A DNA stretch of 64,000 nucleotides from positions 352,001 to 416,000 of the forward strand of contig CAWGXH010000003.1 in the NCBI GenBank assembly GCA_963826525.1. The letters run 5' to 3'. Source of the DNA: an uncultured Methanomicrobiaceae archaeon. Lineage in GTDB: Archaea; Halobacteriota; Methanomicrobia; Methanomicrobiales; Methanoculleaceae. This document shows positions 21,915-32,021 of this stretch, piece after piece. The translations under genes and the position numbers were made by a program. Within the stretch, counting starts at the first letter, position 1. Every line of letters starts with the position of its first letter. The notes below the pieces were generated by a model that was not told the DNA's origin, made no database searches, and saw only the letters and a program-made list of their open reading frames with translations.

Positions 21915-22865
21915 TTGTCGTCCGCCGCGAATCCCAGTACGTCGAAAGCCATTGAAGTGCACGATCTGCGCAAGGCCTACAACGGCCGCGTCGCCGTCGA
22001 CGGTATATCGTTCGACGTTCATACCGGCGAGGTCTTCGGATTTTTAGGGCCGAACGGCGCAGGCAAGACCACGACCGTGCGGATGCTCACCGGTATCATC
22101 GCACCCGACGGGGGGAGCGCGACGATTCTGGGTCATGATGTCGTCAGGGAGCCGGTGCGGAGCAAACAGGTGATCGGCGTCGTCCCGGAGACGGCAAACG
22201 CCTACGCCGACCTGACGGCGTGGCAGAACCTGATGCTGATGGCGGATCTCTACGGGTTCCGGCGCTCCGCCGCCCGGCTGCCCGCAACCGATCTGCTGGA
22301 GGAGCTCGGGCTCTCCGACCGGCGGGACCAGAAAGTCGCGGGCTTTTCCAAGGGGATGCGGCAGCGGCTGATCCTCGCGATGGCGCTCCTGCACGACCCG
22401 CCGCTGCTCTTCCTCGACGAGCCGACGAGCGGCCTCGACGTGCAGAGCACGCACCTGATGCTGGAGATCCTCAGCGAGAGGAACCGGGCGGGCACGACGA
22501 TCTTCCTGACCACGCATAACATGGATGAGGCCAACCGGCTCTGCGACCGGGTGGGGTTCATCCGGGCCGGGAAGATTGCGGCGATCGATTCGCCGGAGCG
22601 GCTGAAGCAGGCGATCAACCGGCTGCACGTGATCGAGGTCGGGTTCGACCGTCCGGTTGAGGCGTCCGTCCTCGCCGGTCTTCCCGGGATCGACCGTGTC
22701 TTGAAGATCGGCGATACCTGCCGGCTCGAGACCGCCGATACCGATGCCGCGATCGCCTCGGTGGTTGCGGCCGCCCGGTCGTCCGGTGCCCGGATCCTCT
22801 CGCTCTCCACGCTTTCGCCGACGCTCGACGAGGTCTATCTCAGGCTCACCGGAGGGGAAGAATGA
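21915..22865 (+). CDS. ABC transporter ATP-binding protein (exporter type)
   Basis: GPNGAGKTT, FSKGMRQR, LFLDEPTSGLD, TTHNM. Confidence 0.95.
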   Translation: MSSAANPSTSKAIEVHDLRKAYNGRVAVDGISFDVHTGEVFGFLGPNGAGKTTTVRMLTGIIAPDGGSATILGHDVVREPVRSKQVIGVVPETANAYADLTAWQNLMLMADLYGFRRSAARLPATDLLEELGLSDRRDQKVAGFSKGMRQRLILAMALLHDPPLLFLDEPTSGLDVQSTHLMLEILSERNRAGTTIFLTTHNMDEANRLCDRVGFIRAGKIAAIDSPERLKQAINRLHVIEVGFDRPVEASVLAGLPGIDRVLKIGDTCRLETADTDAAIASVVAAARSSGARILSLSTLSPTLDEVYLRLTGGEE

Positions 22866-23620
22866 TCCGATTCGGCGAGATCGGCGAGCAGCTGCGGCGA
22901 TCGCTCGCCGTCGCCCGGAAGGATATCAGGATCTACTACGTCAAAGGCCCGGTCGTCATCTTCGGCCTCCTGATTCCGCTCTTCCTCTTCCTGGCCTTCT
23001 CGCTCGGCAACCGGTTCGCGTCGATCCCGTTCCTCATCTCCGGGCTGCTCGCGATGACCGTCTTCTTCACCGCAACGGCGGTCTCGCCGGTGATCTTTCC
23101 GTGGGAGACCCAGGCGCGGACGCTCGAACGGCTCGCCGCCGCCCCGATCACGGTCCCGGCACTGGTCTTCGGGGATATGCTGGCGTCGTTCCTCTTCGGG
23201 GCGCTGATCGCCCTCGTCCCGGTGGGCATCGGGATCGCGCTCGGCGTGACGATCACCTCTCCGGCGGCCCTGCTCGCCGGCATTCTGCTCGGGGCACTCT
23301 GCTTCGCTTCGCTCGGCGTCCTCCTTGCCGTCCCACCGGCGAGAGCGCCGCAGAACATCATGATGCTCTCTTCGCTCATCAAATTCCCCCTGATCTTCAT
23401 CTCCGGCATCTTCATCCCGGTCGAGTCCCTGCCGTTCTGGGGGCGGGTGCTCGCCGCGGTCTCGCCGCTGACCTACTTCACCGACATCGCCCGCTATGCG
23501 ATGGGTGAGGCGAACGTCTCCCCGGTCGCCCTCGACCTCGTCGTTCTCGCCGGGTTCTCCCTCCTCTTCCTCGGGGCGGCGATGGTCCTGCACGGACGGA
23601 CGCTTCCGAGAAGGCTCTGA
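22862..23620 (+). CDS. ABC-2 type permease
   Basis: Six hydrophobic segments; FISGIFIP..SPLTY. Confidence 0.9.
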   Translation: MIRFGEIGEQLRRSLAVARKDIRIYYVKGPVVIFGLLIPLFLFLAFSLGNRFASIPFLISGLLAMTVFFTATAVSPVIFPWETQARTLERLAAAPITVPALVFGDMLASFLFGALIALVPVGIGIALGVTITSPAALLAGILLGALCFASLGVLLAVPPARAPQNIMMLSSLIKFPLIFISGIFIPVESLPFWGRVLAAVSPLTYFTDIARYAMGEANVSPVALDLVVLAGFSLLFLGAAMVLHGRTLPRRL

Positions 23621-23947
23621 CGGCTCCGGGGGGTTTCCCGGAGCGACCCTGCCCCGCCCGGCGCAGTAATACTGCAATGCTCATTCATAGCACTTAGTAA
23701 ACATTTATATATTGTAACGTTTTACTGAAAGTGTGGTTCTGGCACGCCACGGAGAGATCGGTTGCCACAACCCTCCAGCTACGGGATCAGGCGCATCCGA
23801 ATGCACGGAACACCTCATTCCATCACCGACCTTTTTCCGGGAGCGTATTGCCGGCGCTCCCTTCGGGTCTGCCGCCCCGCACCCGGGCACTTCCGGCTGA
23901 GCCGTTCCTGAGACCCACAGGTTAATCTCTCTGCGATTCGACGTACC

Positions 23948-24399
23948 ATGATGAATCTCTCTCCGATGCTGGTTCTCGCCGCTCTCGCGGTCCTTGCCGG
24001 GGTCTCTGTCTGCGGCTGCACGAGCCAGGAGACATTGGTCGTCCGATGAGGAGCGGGCATCCGTGCTCGTGTATGCGGAGCCGATCGCCGACAACCTCCT
24101 GCAGGGGTTCAACGAGAACAACTACACGATGTACTCCCGGGATTTCGGCGATGAGATGAAGGCAAGCCTGGACGAGGCTGCGTTCGAGGAGAATCGCGAG
24201 TTTGTCACATCCCGGATCGGGCTCTACGAATCCAGAATGAACCGCCGTCGTTACGGAGGTGGACGAGTATATCGCCGTTAACTACCCGGCGACGTTCGAG
24301 CGGGAGGACGGCGTGAATGTCCGGTTCGTCTTCCGGAAGGGCGACGAGTCGCACCGGCTTTATGGGCTCTGGTTCAACTCGCCGACGCTCGCGAGTTAA
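23948..24399 (+). CDS. DUF3887-like lipoprotein (frameshifted)
   Basis: Lipobox VSVCGC; AEPIADNLLQGFNENNY..FSRDF-like; ends LYGLWFNSP. Confidence 0.7.
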
Positions 24400-24495
24400 A
24401 ACGGACTACCGGGGCGGGAGACCGACGGGGAGCAGGCACCGGCTCGGGCAGGATGTGGTTCTGCGGATGAGGTTTTTCCCCCCGTATCCGCCGCC

Positions 24496-24752
24496 GGGTT
24501 GGGCAACGCTTATAGTTCGGATTTCCGGCCGGATCTGCTGGAATAAACACCTTCACAGAAGCCCATAGACGGCCGATCTCGAAGCATGGCAGGGTATCCA
24601 TCCTCCGGAAATTACTGCCGCTCATATGGTCGTTATATCTCGAATATTCTCATCTCTTTTCGGTATCAGGCGGGAAATAATGGGTTTTCGGAACGCTGCC
24701 CCCGCATCCCCGGAAAACAGGGGAAAATACGCGATATCCGGGCTTATTTTGG
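24496..24752 (-). repeat. Non-coding element copy A (CRISPR-leader-like, ends in stub GTTGCCCAACCC on the minus strand)
   Basis: Collinear blocks matching 60609-60875 in inverted orientation: 16/17, 27/29, 14/14 and 12/13 nt. Confidence 0.8.
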
Positions 24753-25157
24753 AGTGAGAATGGGGCACCGGAGGCGTGAAGAGTCGGCAGAGGTGATCGT
24801 CCCGCTGGTTGCTGCAGTTGCTCATCCGGGATACGTTTCGTGCGCCGGAACACCGCCGGGTGCACCTCGAGCGCTCCGGGAGTGAGTCTGCCCGGCACCT
24901 CGAAGGAACCCCGACCCTTCCGGCAATCGCGCGTTGCAGCGGTCAGGCGCTCCTGAATCTCGCGGCGATCGCGCTGCTCACCATCCTGAAGCGGCGGCAG
25001 CGTGATGGAACTCCTAGGCCAGAGTGCCGCCGGAGGGTGTCGCGATCGCCGTGCCGTCGCACCACCGGTGTGCCGGAGCGCCTCTTTGGCAGCAGGGCTT
25101 CGAGACAGCCCAGCATTTCCCGGCATCTCCGGGTGAATACGCGCTCCATTGCCTACA

Positions 25158-25165
25158 TTTAAATA
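25158..25165 (+). promoter_or_regulatory. Putative TATA box of the mbh operon
   Basis: TTTAAATA about 140 nt upstream of mbhA, in a GC-rich background. Confidence 0.4.
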
Positions 25166-25301
25166 TCCCCCGCACGAAACGCTATTGTCATAATAAATCA
25201 TGTAAAATTCCCGGATCGGGGCAGTGACTCTGTGCCGGTTCCGGAACATTCTCCATGCCTCCAGATCAAACAGAGATGAACAGTATGTATCGGGTGATAT
25301 C

Positions 25302-25829
25302 GTGATTCCGTTTCTGCTCACCGCCGTCTTCGCATTTATTATCTATCTGCTCCTGACGGCAGGGAGCGGCAGCCTGGGTGTCTGGTCGCCGGCAGAACTC
25401 GTGATGGGTGCTTTTATCGCCCTGATCGTTGCCGCGATCTCGAGGAACTTCTTCTGCAAAAACCACGACTTCCGGATGGCAAACCCCCTCCGGTGGGTCA
25501 TTCTTGCGGTCTATGCAGTCGTGCCGTTCTTTCTTGAGATGGCAAAGGCGAACGTCGACGTCGCATACCGGGTTATCACCGGGAAGATCCGCCCCGGGAT
25601 CGTCAGGATTCAGCCGGGGCTAAAGACCGATCTCGGCGTCCTGCTGCTTGCGAATTCCATCACGCTGACGCCGGGCACGCTCACCGTCGGTATCGACGAG
25701 GAGACGAACGACCTCTTCGTCCACGTGATAAACATCAAACCGGGAACCGAAAAGAAGCCGACCCTCGACGCGAGGGAGATCACGGCCTGGTTCGACTTCC
25801 CCGCATGGATCAGGAGAATTGCGGAATGA
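25302..25829 (+). CDS. mbhA: Mbh/Mrp subunit A (MnhE-like)
   Basis: KANVDVAYRVITGKIRPGIV, LANSITLTPGTLT. Confidence 0.9.
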   Translation: MIPFLLTAVFAFIIYLLLTAGSGSLGVWSPAELVMGAFIALIVAAISRNFFCKNHDFRMANPLRWVILAVYAVVPFFLEMAKANVDVAYRVITGKIRPGIVRIQPGLKTDLGVLLLANSITLTPGTLTVGIDEETNDLFVHVINIKPGTEKKPTLDAREITAWFDFPAWIRRIAE

Positions 25830-26083
25830 CGGACGCGATGCTCATCTCGGTTCTGGTGCTCGCCGCACTGATCGTCATCGCGATGGTCCGGCTCTTCATC
25901 GGCCCCACCGCCCCCGACCGGGTCGTCGCGCTCGATGCGGTCAACACGCTGACCATCGCCGCGATGATCCTGCTCGGCGTCGTCTACCAGCAGATCATCT
26001 TCATCGACGTCGCCATCGTCTACGCGCTCCTCTCGTTCGTCGGAACGCTCTACATCGCCAAATACCTCGGAGGTGAGATGTAA
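25826..26083 (+). CDS. mbhB: Mbh subunit B (MnhF-like)
   Basis: GPTAPDRVVALD, IDVAIVYALLSFVGT. Confidence 0.9.
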   Translation: MTDAMLISVLVLAALIVIAMVRLFIGPTAPDRVVALDAVNTLTIAAMILLGVVYQQIIFIDVAIVYALLSFVGTLYIAKYLGGEM

Positions 26084-26085
26084 CC

Positions 26086-26442
26086 ATGATCGTCGACACA
26101 ATCATCATAATCTGCCTCGCCATCGGCCTCTTCTTCAACATCCTCGGCGTCATCGGCATCCTGCGGTTCCCCGACGTCTACACGCGGCTGCACGCGGAGA
26201 CGAAGACCACGACCTTCGGCACGATCTTCATCGGCCTCGCCGTGGTGATCTACGCACTTGCCGCACTCGCAGAGACCGGCGACGGCCAGTACATCACCCT
26301 CTCCCTGCACACGATCATCGCCGTGATCGCGCTCGCGTTCACCAACGCCACCGGGGCGCATGCCATCGCCCGGGCAGCCTACCGGAGCGGCTACAAACCG
26401 GCGGCAGCGGTCGTCGACAGAATGGCGGAGGCGAAACAATGA
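26086..26442 (+). CDS. mbhC: Mbh subunit C (MnhG-like)
   Basis: GILRFPDVYTRLHAETK, AHAIARAA. Confidence 0.9.
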   Translation: MIVDTIIIICLAIGLFFNILGVIGILRFPDVYTRLHAETKTTTFGTIFIGLAVVIYALAALAETGDGQYITLSLHTIIAVIALAFTNATGAHAIARAAYRSGYKPAAAVVDRMAEAKQ

Positions 26443-26693
26443 TCGAGATTATTGCGCACGCGCTGGTGCTCGCGGGCCTCGTCATCGCCGCCGTGCTGGT
26501 CGTGTACTTCCGCGACCTGCTCTCCGCGGCGATCGCCTTCGGCGTCTTCAGTTTCCTGCTCTCCCTTGAGTTCTACATCCTGCAGGCGCCCGACGTCGCT
26601 ATCGCCGAGGCAGGCATCGGTGCGGGACTGACGACGGCGATCTACATCGTGGCCGTCAGGGGAACAAAGCGGATGGAGGAGGTGGAGGAATGA
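26439..26693 (+). CDS. mbhD: Mbh subunit D (DUF4040-like)
   Basis: [16 protein letters not shown]. Confidence 0.88.
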   Translation: MIEIIAHALVLAGLVIAAVLVVYFRDLLSAAIAFGVFSFLLSLEFYILQAPDVAIAEAGIGAGLTTAIYIVAVRGTKRMEEVEE

Positions 26694-26974
26694 AGCAGTA
26701 CGTCAAGGGAGCGGTCCTGCTCGTCATGCTGGCAGCCTTCCTGGTGCCGGTGCTGACGCTCGAGTTCGGCAGCCCCGCCGCTACGGAGATGGACGACTAC
26801 TTCATCGGGCACGGTCAGGAGCAGACCGGCGGCAACAACATCGTCACGGACGTCCTGATGGACTACAGAGGGTTCGATACCCTCGGCGAAGCGACGGTGC
26901 TCTTAACGGCGGTGCTCGCCGTCGGCCTCGTCTTCCGGCGGCTCTTCGGAGGTGAAGAGCATGACTATGAGTAA
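26690..26974 (+). CDS. mbhE: Mbh subunit E
   Basis: [22 protein letters not shown]. Confidence 0.88.
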   Translation: MKQYVKGAVLLVMLAAFLVPVLTLEFGSPAATEMDDYFIGHGQEQTGGNNIVTDVLMDYRGFDTLGEATVLLTAVLAVGLVFRRLFGGEEHDYE

Positions 26975-27425
26975 GATCGTCAGAACGGCTGCCGACATCC
27001 TCTTCGTCTTCATCCTCGCCTTCGGGTTCTACGTCGTGGCGCACGGCCACCTGACCCCCGGCGGAGGATTCCAGGGCGGTGCGGTGCTCGCCACAGGGTT
27101 CGTCCTCGTCATCGCGGCCTACGGCTACCGTGCGATCGCCGCCCGGTTTTCCAAAGATTCGCTCAGAAACAGCGAGACGCTCGGCCTGCTCATCTTCATC
27201 GGCACGGCATTCGTCGCCCTGCTCTTCGGCGCGACGTTCTTCTACAACTGGCTCGCCGGCGCGGGATCGATCTTCGGGACGGCCGTAGCATTCGGCCCGA
27301 ACCCCGGCGACCTGAACACCGCCGGCGTCATCCCGATCATGAATATCGCCGTCGGCATCGAGGTCTTCGGAGGGCTCAGCCTGATCGTCCTCTACATGCT
27401 GTCGGGCACAGAGGAGGGAGCATAA
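26961..27425 (+). CDS. mbhF: Mbh subunit F (MnhB-like)
   Basis: [13 protein letters not shown]. Confidence 0.9.
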   Translation: MTMSKIVRTAADILFVFILAFGFYVVAHGHLTPGGGFQGGAVLATGFVLVIAAYGYRAIAARFSKDSLRNSETLGLLIFIGTAFVALLFGATFFYNWLAGAGSIFGTAVAFGPNPGDLNTAGVIPIMNIAVGIEVFGGLSLIVLYMLSGTEEGA

Positions 27426-27770
27426 ATGTACTACAATCTACCGTTCATCATTGCAGCAGTCATCGCGGTCATCGGCATCGCGGCGATGCTCTTCCGGCGA
27501 AACCTCGTCAAGGTGATCATGGGCCTCTCGCTCGTTGAGTCCGGCATCAACCTCTTCCTGGTGGCGCTCGGCTACCGGACGGACGCGATCGCCCCGATCT
27601 TCACGAACGCCCCCTCCACCGACATGGTGCTGCCGACGGTGCAGGCGATGACCCTGACGAACATCGTCATCGGTATCGCGACCACGGCGATGCTGCTCTC
27701 GTTCACGATGATCATCTACAAGAAGTACGGCTCGCTGAACACCGACACCGTGAGGAAGCTGAGAGGATGA
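27426..27770 (+). CDS. mbhG: Mbh subunit G (MnhC-like)
   Basis: NLVKVIMGL, QAMTLTNIVIG. Confidence 0.9.
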   Translation: MYYNLPFIIAAVIAVIGIAAMLFRRNLVKVIMGLSLVESGINLFLVALGYRTDAIAPIFTNAPSTDMVLPTVQAMTLTNIVIGIATTAMLLSFTMIIYKKYGSLNTDTVRKLRG

Positions 27771-29341
27771 CCGGCGACTTCATACTCGATAACGCCCCGG
27801 CACTCCTCCTTGCGGTGCCGCTGCTCGCCGCCTTCGCGACCCCGCTCATCGGGCGCTACAGCAACGTCGCCCGGAACGTCTGGGTGATCGCGGCGATGAC
27901 CCTGACGTCCGTCATCGGTTTCATCCTCGCCTACGACGTCTTCACGGCAGGAACCGTGATCTATACCTTCGGTGTCCTCGACCCTGCGAGTGCCATCCCC
28001 CTCGACTCCGGCGGTATCCCGATACGGATCGTCTTCACCGTCGACGCCATGAGCGCCTTCATGGTGATCATCGCCGCCATCTCCGGGTTCGCGGTCATGC
28101 TCTACACCATGGCGAGCGAGTCGAAATCGAGCGGGAAAGACGGGTTCTACGCGCTCTTCCTGCTCCTGATCGTCGGCATCATGGGCATGGTCTGCACCGG
28201 CGATATCTTCAACTTCTTCGTCTTCCTCGAGATCAACTCCCTCGCGGGCGCCGCGCTCGTCGCCTACCGCATCGATAAAGGCGTCGCCGTCGAGGCGGGG
28301 CTGAAGTACGCGATGATCAGCACGATCGGCGGACTCTTCGTCCTCTTCTCGATCGCGCTCCTCTACGGGCAGTACGACGCCCTGAACATCGCCATGCTCG
28401 CGAGCAGCATCCAGTATACGGCGCTCGACAAGATCGCGCTCGTCCTCCTGCTCGCCGCCCTTGCCATGAAGGCCGGTGCGGTGCCGATGCACTTCTGGAC
28501 GCCCGACGCCTACTCGATGGCGCCCGGGTCGATCACCGCGCTCCTGGTGGTGGCGAGCCAGGCCTGCCTCTACGGTGTCTTCCGGGTCGTCTTCACCCTC
28601 TACAACGTCGTCCTCGACTACGTCACGATCGGGTGGATCATCATCATCCTCGGTGTCCTCTCCATGTTCATCGGCGTCACGATGGCGCTCGTCCAGAAGG
28701 ACGTGAAAAGGCTGATGGCCTACCACGCCGTCTCGCAGACCGGCTACATGCTCCTCGGCCTCGGGGTCGGCCTTGCCGTCCTCGGCCAGCAGACGGCGCT
28801 CGACACCTACGGAATCGTCGCGATGGAGGGCGGGATCTTCCACATCATCAACCACGCGATGTATAAGGGTCTCCTCTTCCTGACGGCAGGGGCCATCATT
28901 TATCGTACCGGAACACGAAGTTTAAACAAACTTGGTGGTCTCGGCCACTCGATGAAATGGACAATGATCTTTTTCATAATCGGCGCTCTCGCGATCGCCG
29001 GAATACCGCCGTTCAGCGGATTTGCGTCTAAAATCCTGATATACGAATCGGTATTCCTCTTCAACCCCGTGCTCTCGATCATAGCGATGGTGGTCAGTAT
29101 CCTGACGCTCGCGTCCTTCGTGAAGGTCTTCCACTCGATCTTCATGGGACCCGAGCTCCCTGAGTTTTCCGGCGTGAAGGAAGCGCCCCTCCCGATGCTC
29201 GTCGGCATGGGCATCCTCGCCGCCATCACGATCGCGTTCGGCATCGCACCGGAGCTCGTGGTCGATACCATCGTCACGCCGGCCGCGCACGCACTCGTCG
29301 ACCAGGGCGGGTACATCGCCTCGGTGCTCGGAGGTGTCTGA
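27767..29341 (+). CDS. mbhH: Mbh subunit H (MnhD-like antiporter subunit)
   Basis: GDIFNFFVFLEI, KAGAVPMHFWTPDAY, KRLMAY, GIPPFSGFASK. Confidence 0.93.
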   Translation: MTGDFILDNAPALLLAVPLLAAFATPLIGRYSNVARNVWVIAAMTLTSVIGFILAYDVFTAGTVIYTFGVLDPASAIPLDSGGIPIRIVFTVDAMSAFMVIIAAISGFAVMLYTMASESKSSGKDGFYALFLLLIVGIMGMVCTGDIFNFFVFLEINSLAGAALVAYRIDKGVAVEAGLKYAMISTIGGLFVLFSIALLYGQYDALNIAMLASSIQYTALDKIALVLLLAALAMKAGAVPMHFWTPDAYSMAPGSITALLVVASQACLYGVFRVVFTLYNVVLDYVTIGWIIIILGVLSMFIGVTMALVQKDVKRLMAYHAVSQTGYMLLGLGVGLAVLGQQTALDTYGIVAMEGGIFHIINHAMYKGLLFLTAGAIIYRTGTRSLNKLGGLGHSMKWTMIFFIIGALAIAGIPPFSGFASKILIYESVFLFNPVLSIIAMVVSILTLASFVKVFHSIFMGPELPEFSGVKEAPLPMLVGMGILAAITIAFGIAPELVVDTIVTPAAHALVDQGGYIASVLGGV

Positions 29342-29343
29342 TC

Positions 29344-29691
29344 ATGGATATAGGAGCAACACTCACGACCGGGTACGGGTTCTGGAACCCGCTCATCTGG
29401 CTCGGCGTCCTCGCGGTCGCACTCGTCATCGCCTATCTCATCTGGGCATACGGCGAGAGCAGCTACAAACCCGGCACCGAGCAGACCAAACCCTACCTCT
29501 CCGGAAACCCGGAACCTGCAGCCAAGCGCGACGTCCACCTCGGCGGCGGGCACCTCTACTGGGGGTTCACCGAAGCACTCAGCGGCTACTACGACCGTAT
29601 CGTCCCGCTTCACACCGGCGTGCTGACCGACTACCTCCTGTGGTTCTTCGGAATTGCAGCGGCTCTCATTATCATCGTAGGTCTGATCTGA
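29344..29691 (+). CDS. mbhI: Mbh subunit I
   Basis: GFWNPLIW, KPYLSGN, HTGVLTDYLLW. Confidence 0.85.
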   Translation: MDIGATLTTGYGFWNPLIWLGVLAVALVIAYLIWAYGESSYKPGTEQTKPYLSGNPEPAAKRDVHLGGGHLYWGFTEALSGYYDRIVPLHTGVLTDYLLWFFGIAAALIIIVGLI

Positions 29692-30125
29692 TGAAACTCA
29701 CAAAATCATTCAACCGCTCGCTCTGGGCGTTCCACTTCAACTCGGGCTCCTGCAACGGCTGCGAGATCGAGATCGTCGCGGCCATCACCCCGCGTTACGA
29801 CCCGGAGCGGTTCGGGATCAAACTCGTCGGCAGCCCGCGGCACGCCGACGTTCTCCTCGTAACCGGCCCGGTCGTCAAAAAGATGCGCGACCGGCTGGAG
29901 CGGGTCTACCAGCAGATGGCCGACCCGAAGGTCGTGATGTGCATCGGCGTCTGCGGTTCGTCGGGCGGTCCGTTCTACGACTCCTACAACCTCGACGGGC
30001 CCGTCGACGACGTCATCCCGGTCGACGTCTACGTGCCGGGGTGCCCGCCCCGGCCGGAAGCGATCATCTACGGCGTCGTCAAGGCACAGGAGAAACTCGA
30101 ACGGCTGGAGGGTGAGAAGGCATGA
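29691..30125 (+). CDS. mbhJ: Hydrogenase small subunit (NuoB-like)
   Basis: GSCNGCEIE, GSPRHADVLLVTG, YVPGCPPRPEAI. Confidence 0.93.
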   Translation: MKLTKSFNRSLWAFHFNSGSCNGCEIEIVAAITPRYDPERFGIKLVGSPRHADVLLVTGPVVKKMRDRLERVYQQMADPKVVMCIGVCGSSGGPFYDSYNLDGPVDDVIPVDVYVPGCPPRPEAIIYGVVKAQEKLERLEGEKA

Positions 30126-30793
30126 AGACAACCCCTGACAGGATACTGAGCCCCGACGAGGTCGTCGCGGTCTTCTCCCGGAAGTTTGGAAGCGGCGTCC
30201 GGGAGAGCCGGGTCACCGAGCGGCGCGAAGGTTCGGCGAAGAACCCGAGCTACGACATCTGGCTCGACCTCGACCGCGACCTGCTCCACGCCGCGGTCGA
30301 AGAACTGATGCTGCTCCACTTCCCGCACCTTGCCGTCATCTCCGGCACCGATATCGGGGACGTGATCGAGATGAACTACCACTTCTCGATCTACTACGGG
30401 ACGAAGCACGGCGAGTATATGGTCACCCTGACCGTCGCCCTGCCGAAGGACGACCTCCGGGTGCCGACGATCGCCGATCTCATCCCCGGTGCCGTCTTCT
30501 CCGAGCGCGAAAAGCAGGAGATGCTCGGCGTCGAGGTCGTCGGCATCCCGGACGGCCGCCGGCTCTTCCTCCCCGAAGAGTTCCCCGAGGGTGTCTACCC
30601 CTGGCGAAAGGACGAGACCGGCATCCGGAACGAGATGGTCAAGGACCTCTGGGCGGTCGGCCGTCCGGCGAACCGTCCTGCACGCCCGGAGATACCGCCG
30701 GAGGAGCAGGGCGAAGTGCAGGCCGCGGAAGTTGCGGAAGCGAAAGTAACGGCGAGAGAGCCGGCACCGTCGGAGGAGGAGCGACATGAGTGA
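30122..30793 (+). CDS. mbhK: NuoC-like subunit
   Basis: HLAVISGTD, FSEREKQEMLGV, LFLPEEFPEGVYPWRKD. Confidence 0.9.
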   Translation: MKTTPDRILSPDEVVAVFSRKFGSGVRESRVTERREGSAKNPSYDIWLDLDRDLLHAAVEELMLLHFPHLAVISGTDIGDVIEMNYHFSIYYGTKHGEYMVTLTVALPKDDLRVPTIADLIPGAVFSEREKQEMLGVEVVGIPDGRRLFLPEEFPEGVYPWRKDETGIRNEMVKDLWAVGRPANRPARPEIPPEEQGEVQAAEVAEAKVTAREPAPSEEERHE

Positions 30794-32021
30794 CGACGCG
30801 AAGAAGAAGATGACCCCCTATACCATTCCGATAGGCCCGACCCATCCGGCACTGAAAGAGCCGGTGATGTTCACCTTCGAGATGAGCGGCGAGAAGATCC
30901 TCAAAGCGGACTTCGCGCCCGGCCAGACGCACCGCGGGATCGAGTGGATGGGCATGCGCAGAAACCCCATCCAGATCGTGCACCTGACGGACCGCATCTG
31001 CGGTATCTGCGGTGTCTCGCACTCCCTGGCGTTCGCCCGGGCGGTGGAGCAGATCATGGAGATCGAGGTGCCGGAACGGGCGGACTACATCCGCGCCATC
31101 ATCGCCGAGTTCGAGCGTATCCAGTCGCACCTGCTCTGGGCGGGCGTCGCCGCCCACGAGCTCGGGTACGATACGCTCCTCCACCTCACCTGGCGGGTCC
31201 GCGAGCGCGCGATGGACACCATCGAGCTTTTGACCGGCAACCGGGTCAACTACGGCATCGTCCAGATCGGCGGCGTGCGGCGGGACTTCACGCCCGACCA
31301 GTACCCCGCGATCGAGGAGTGCCTCCAGTACTACACCGATCTGAAAGGCCAGCTGCTGCGGATCTTCCTCGAGGATAAGACGATCCAGATGCGCTGCCGT
31401 GACTGCGGCGTCCTCACTTACGAGGATGCGCTGAAACTCTGCACCGTCGGCCCCACCGCCCGTGCATCGGGCGTCAACATGGACGTCCGGGTCGACTACC
31501 CCTTCGCGGCTTACGGCGACCTTGCGATCGAGCCGATACTCCCCGACGCCCTCATGGGGGAGACACGCGGCGATGTCTTCGACCGGATCGTCGTCCGCCT
31601 CCTCGAGGTGGAGCAGTCGATCGATATCATCCGGCAGTGCCTCGACCGGATGCCGGCAGGCGAGATCGTCTGGGAGGCGAAGCTCGCGAAGATCTTAAAC
31701 CAGTTCAAGAAGGCGCACGGCGAGGCTATCGGCAGGCACGAGGCCCCCCGCGGGGAGGTTTTCCACTACGTCCGCATGGACGGCAAGGAGCACCCGACCG
31801 CCTGGAAGGTGAAGGCTTCGTCCTACAGCAACCTGATGAGCTGGATCCCGATGCTCGAGGGCGAGCAGATCGCGGATATCCCGATCATCGTCGCTTCGGT
31901 CGACCCCTGCCTCTCCTGCACCGACCGGGTGGCGTTCGTCCGGAACAGTGAGCGGGGTGTCATGACCAAGGAGGACCTCCACCGTCTCTCGGTCGAGAAG
32001 ACCCGGAGGCTGATGGCATGA
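30786..32021 (+). CDS. mbhL: Group 4 [NiFe] hydrogenase large subunit
   Basis: L1 RICGICGVSH and L2 DPCLSCTDR, followed by a C-terminal extension; HEAPRGE. Confidence 0.95.
   Translation: MSDDAKKKMTPYTIPIGPTHPALKEPVMFTFEMSGEKILKADFAPGQTHRGIEWMGMRRNPIQIVHLTDRICGICGVSHSLAFARAVEQIMEIEVPERADYIRAIIAEFERIQSHLLWAGVAAHELGYDTLLHLTWRVRERAMDTIELLTGNRVNYGIVQIGGVRRDFTPDQYPAIEECLQYYTDLKGQLLRIFLEDKTIQMRCRDCGVLTYEDALKLCTVGPTARASGVNMDVRVDYPFAAYGDLAIEPILPDALMGETRGDVFDRIVVRLLEVEQSIDIIRQCLDRMPAGEIVWEAKLAKILNQFKKAHGEAIGRHEAPRGEVFHYVRMDGKEHPTAWKVKASSYSNLMSWIPMLEGEQIADIPIIVASVDPCLSCTDRVAFVRNSERGVMTKEDLHRLSVEKTRRLMA

Noticed and set aside
29334-30125. 263-aa ORF suggesting an N-terminally extended NuoB subunit
   Set aside because: The upstream part overlaps mbhI in another frame; the real start is 29691.
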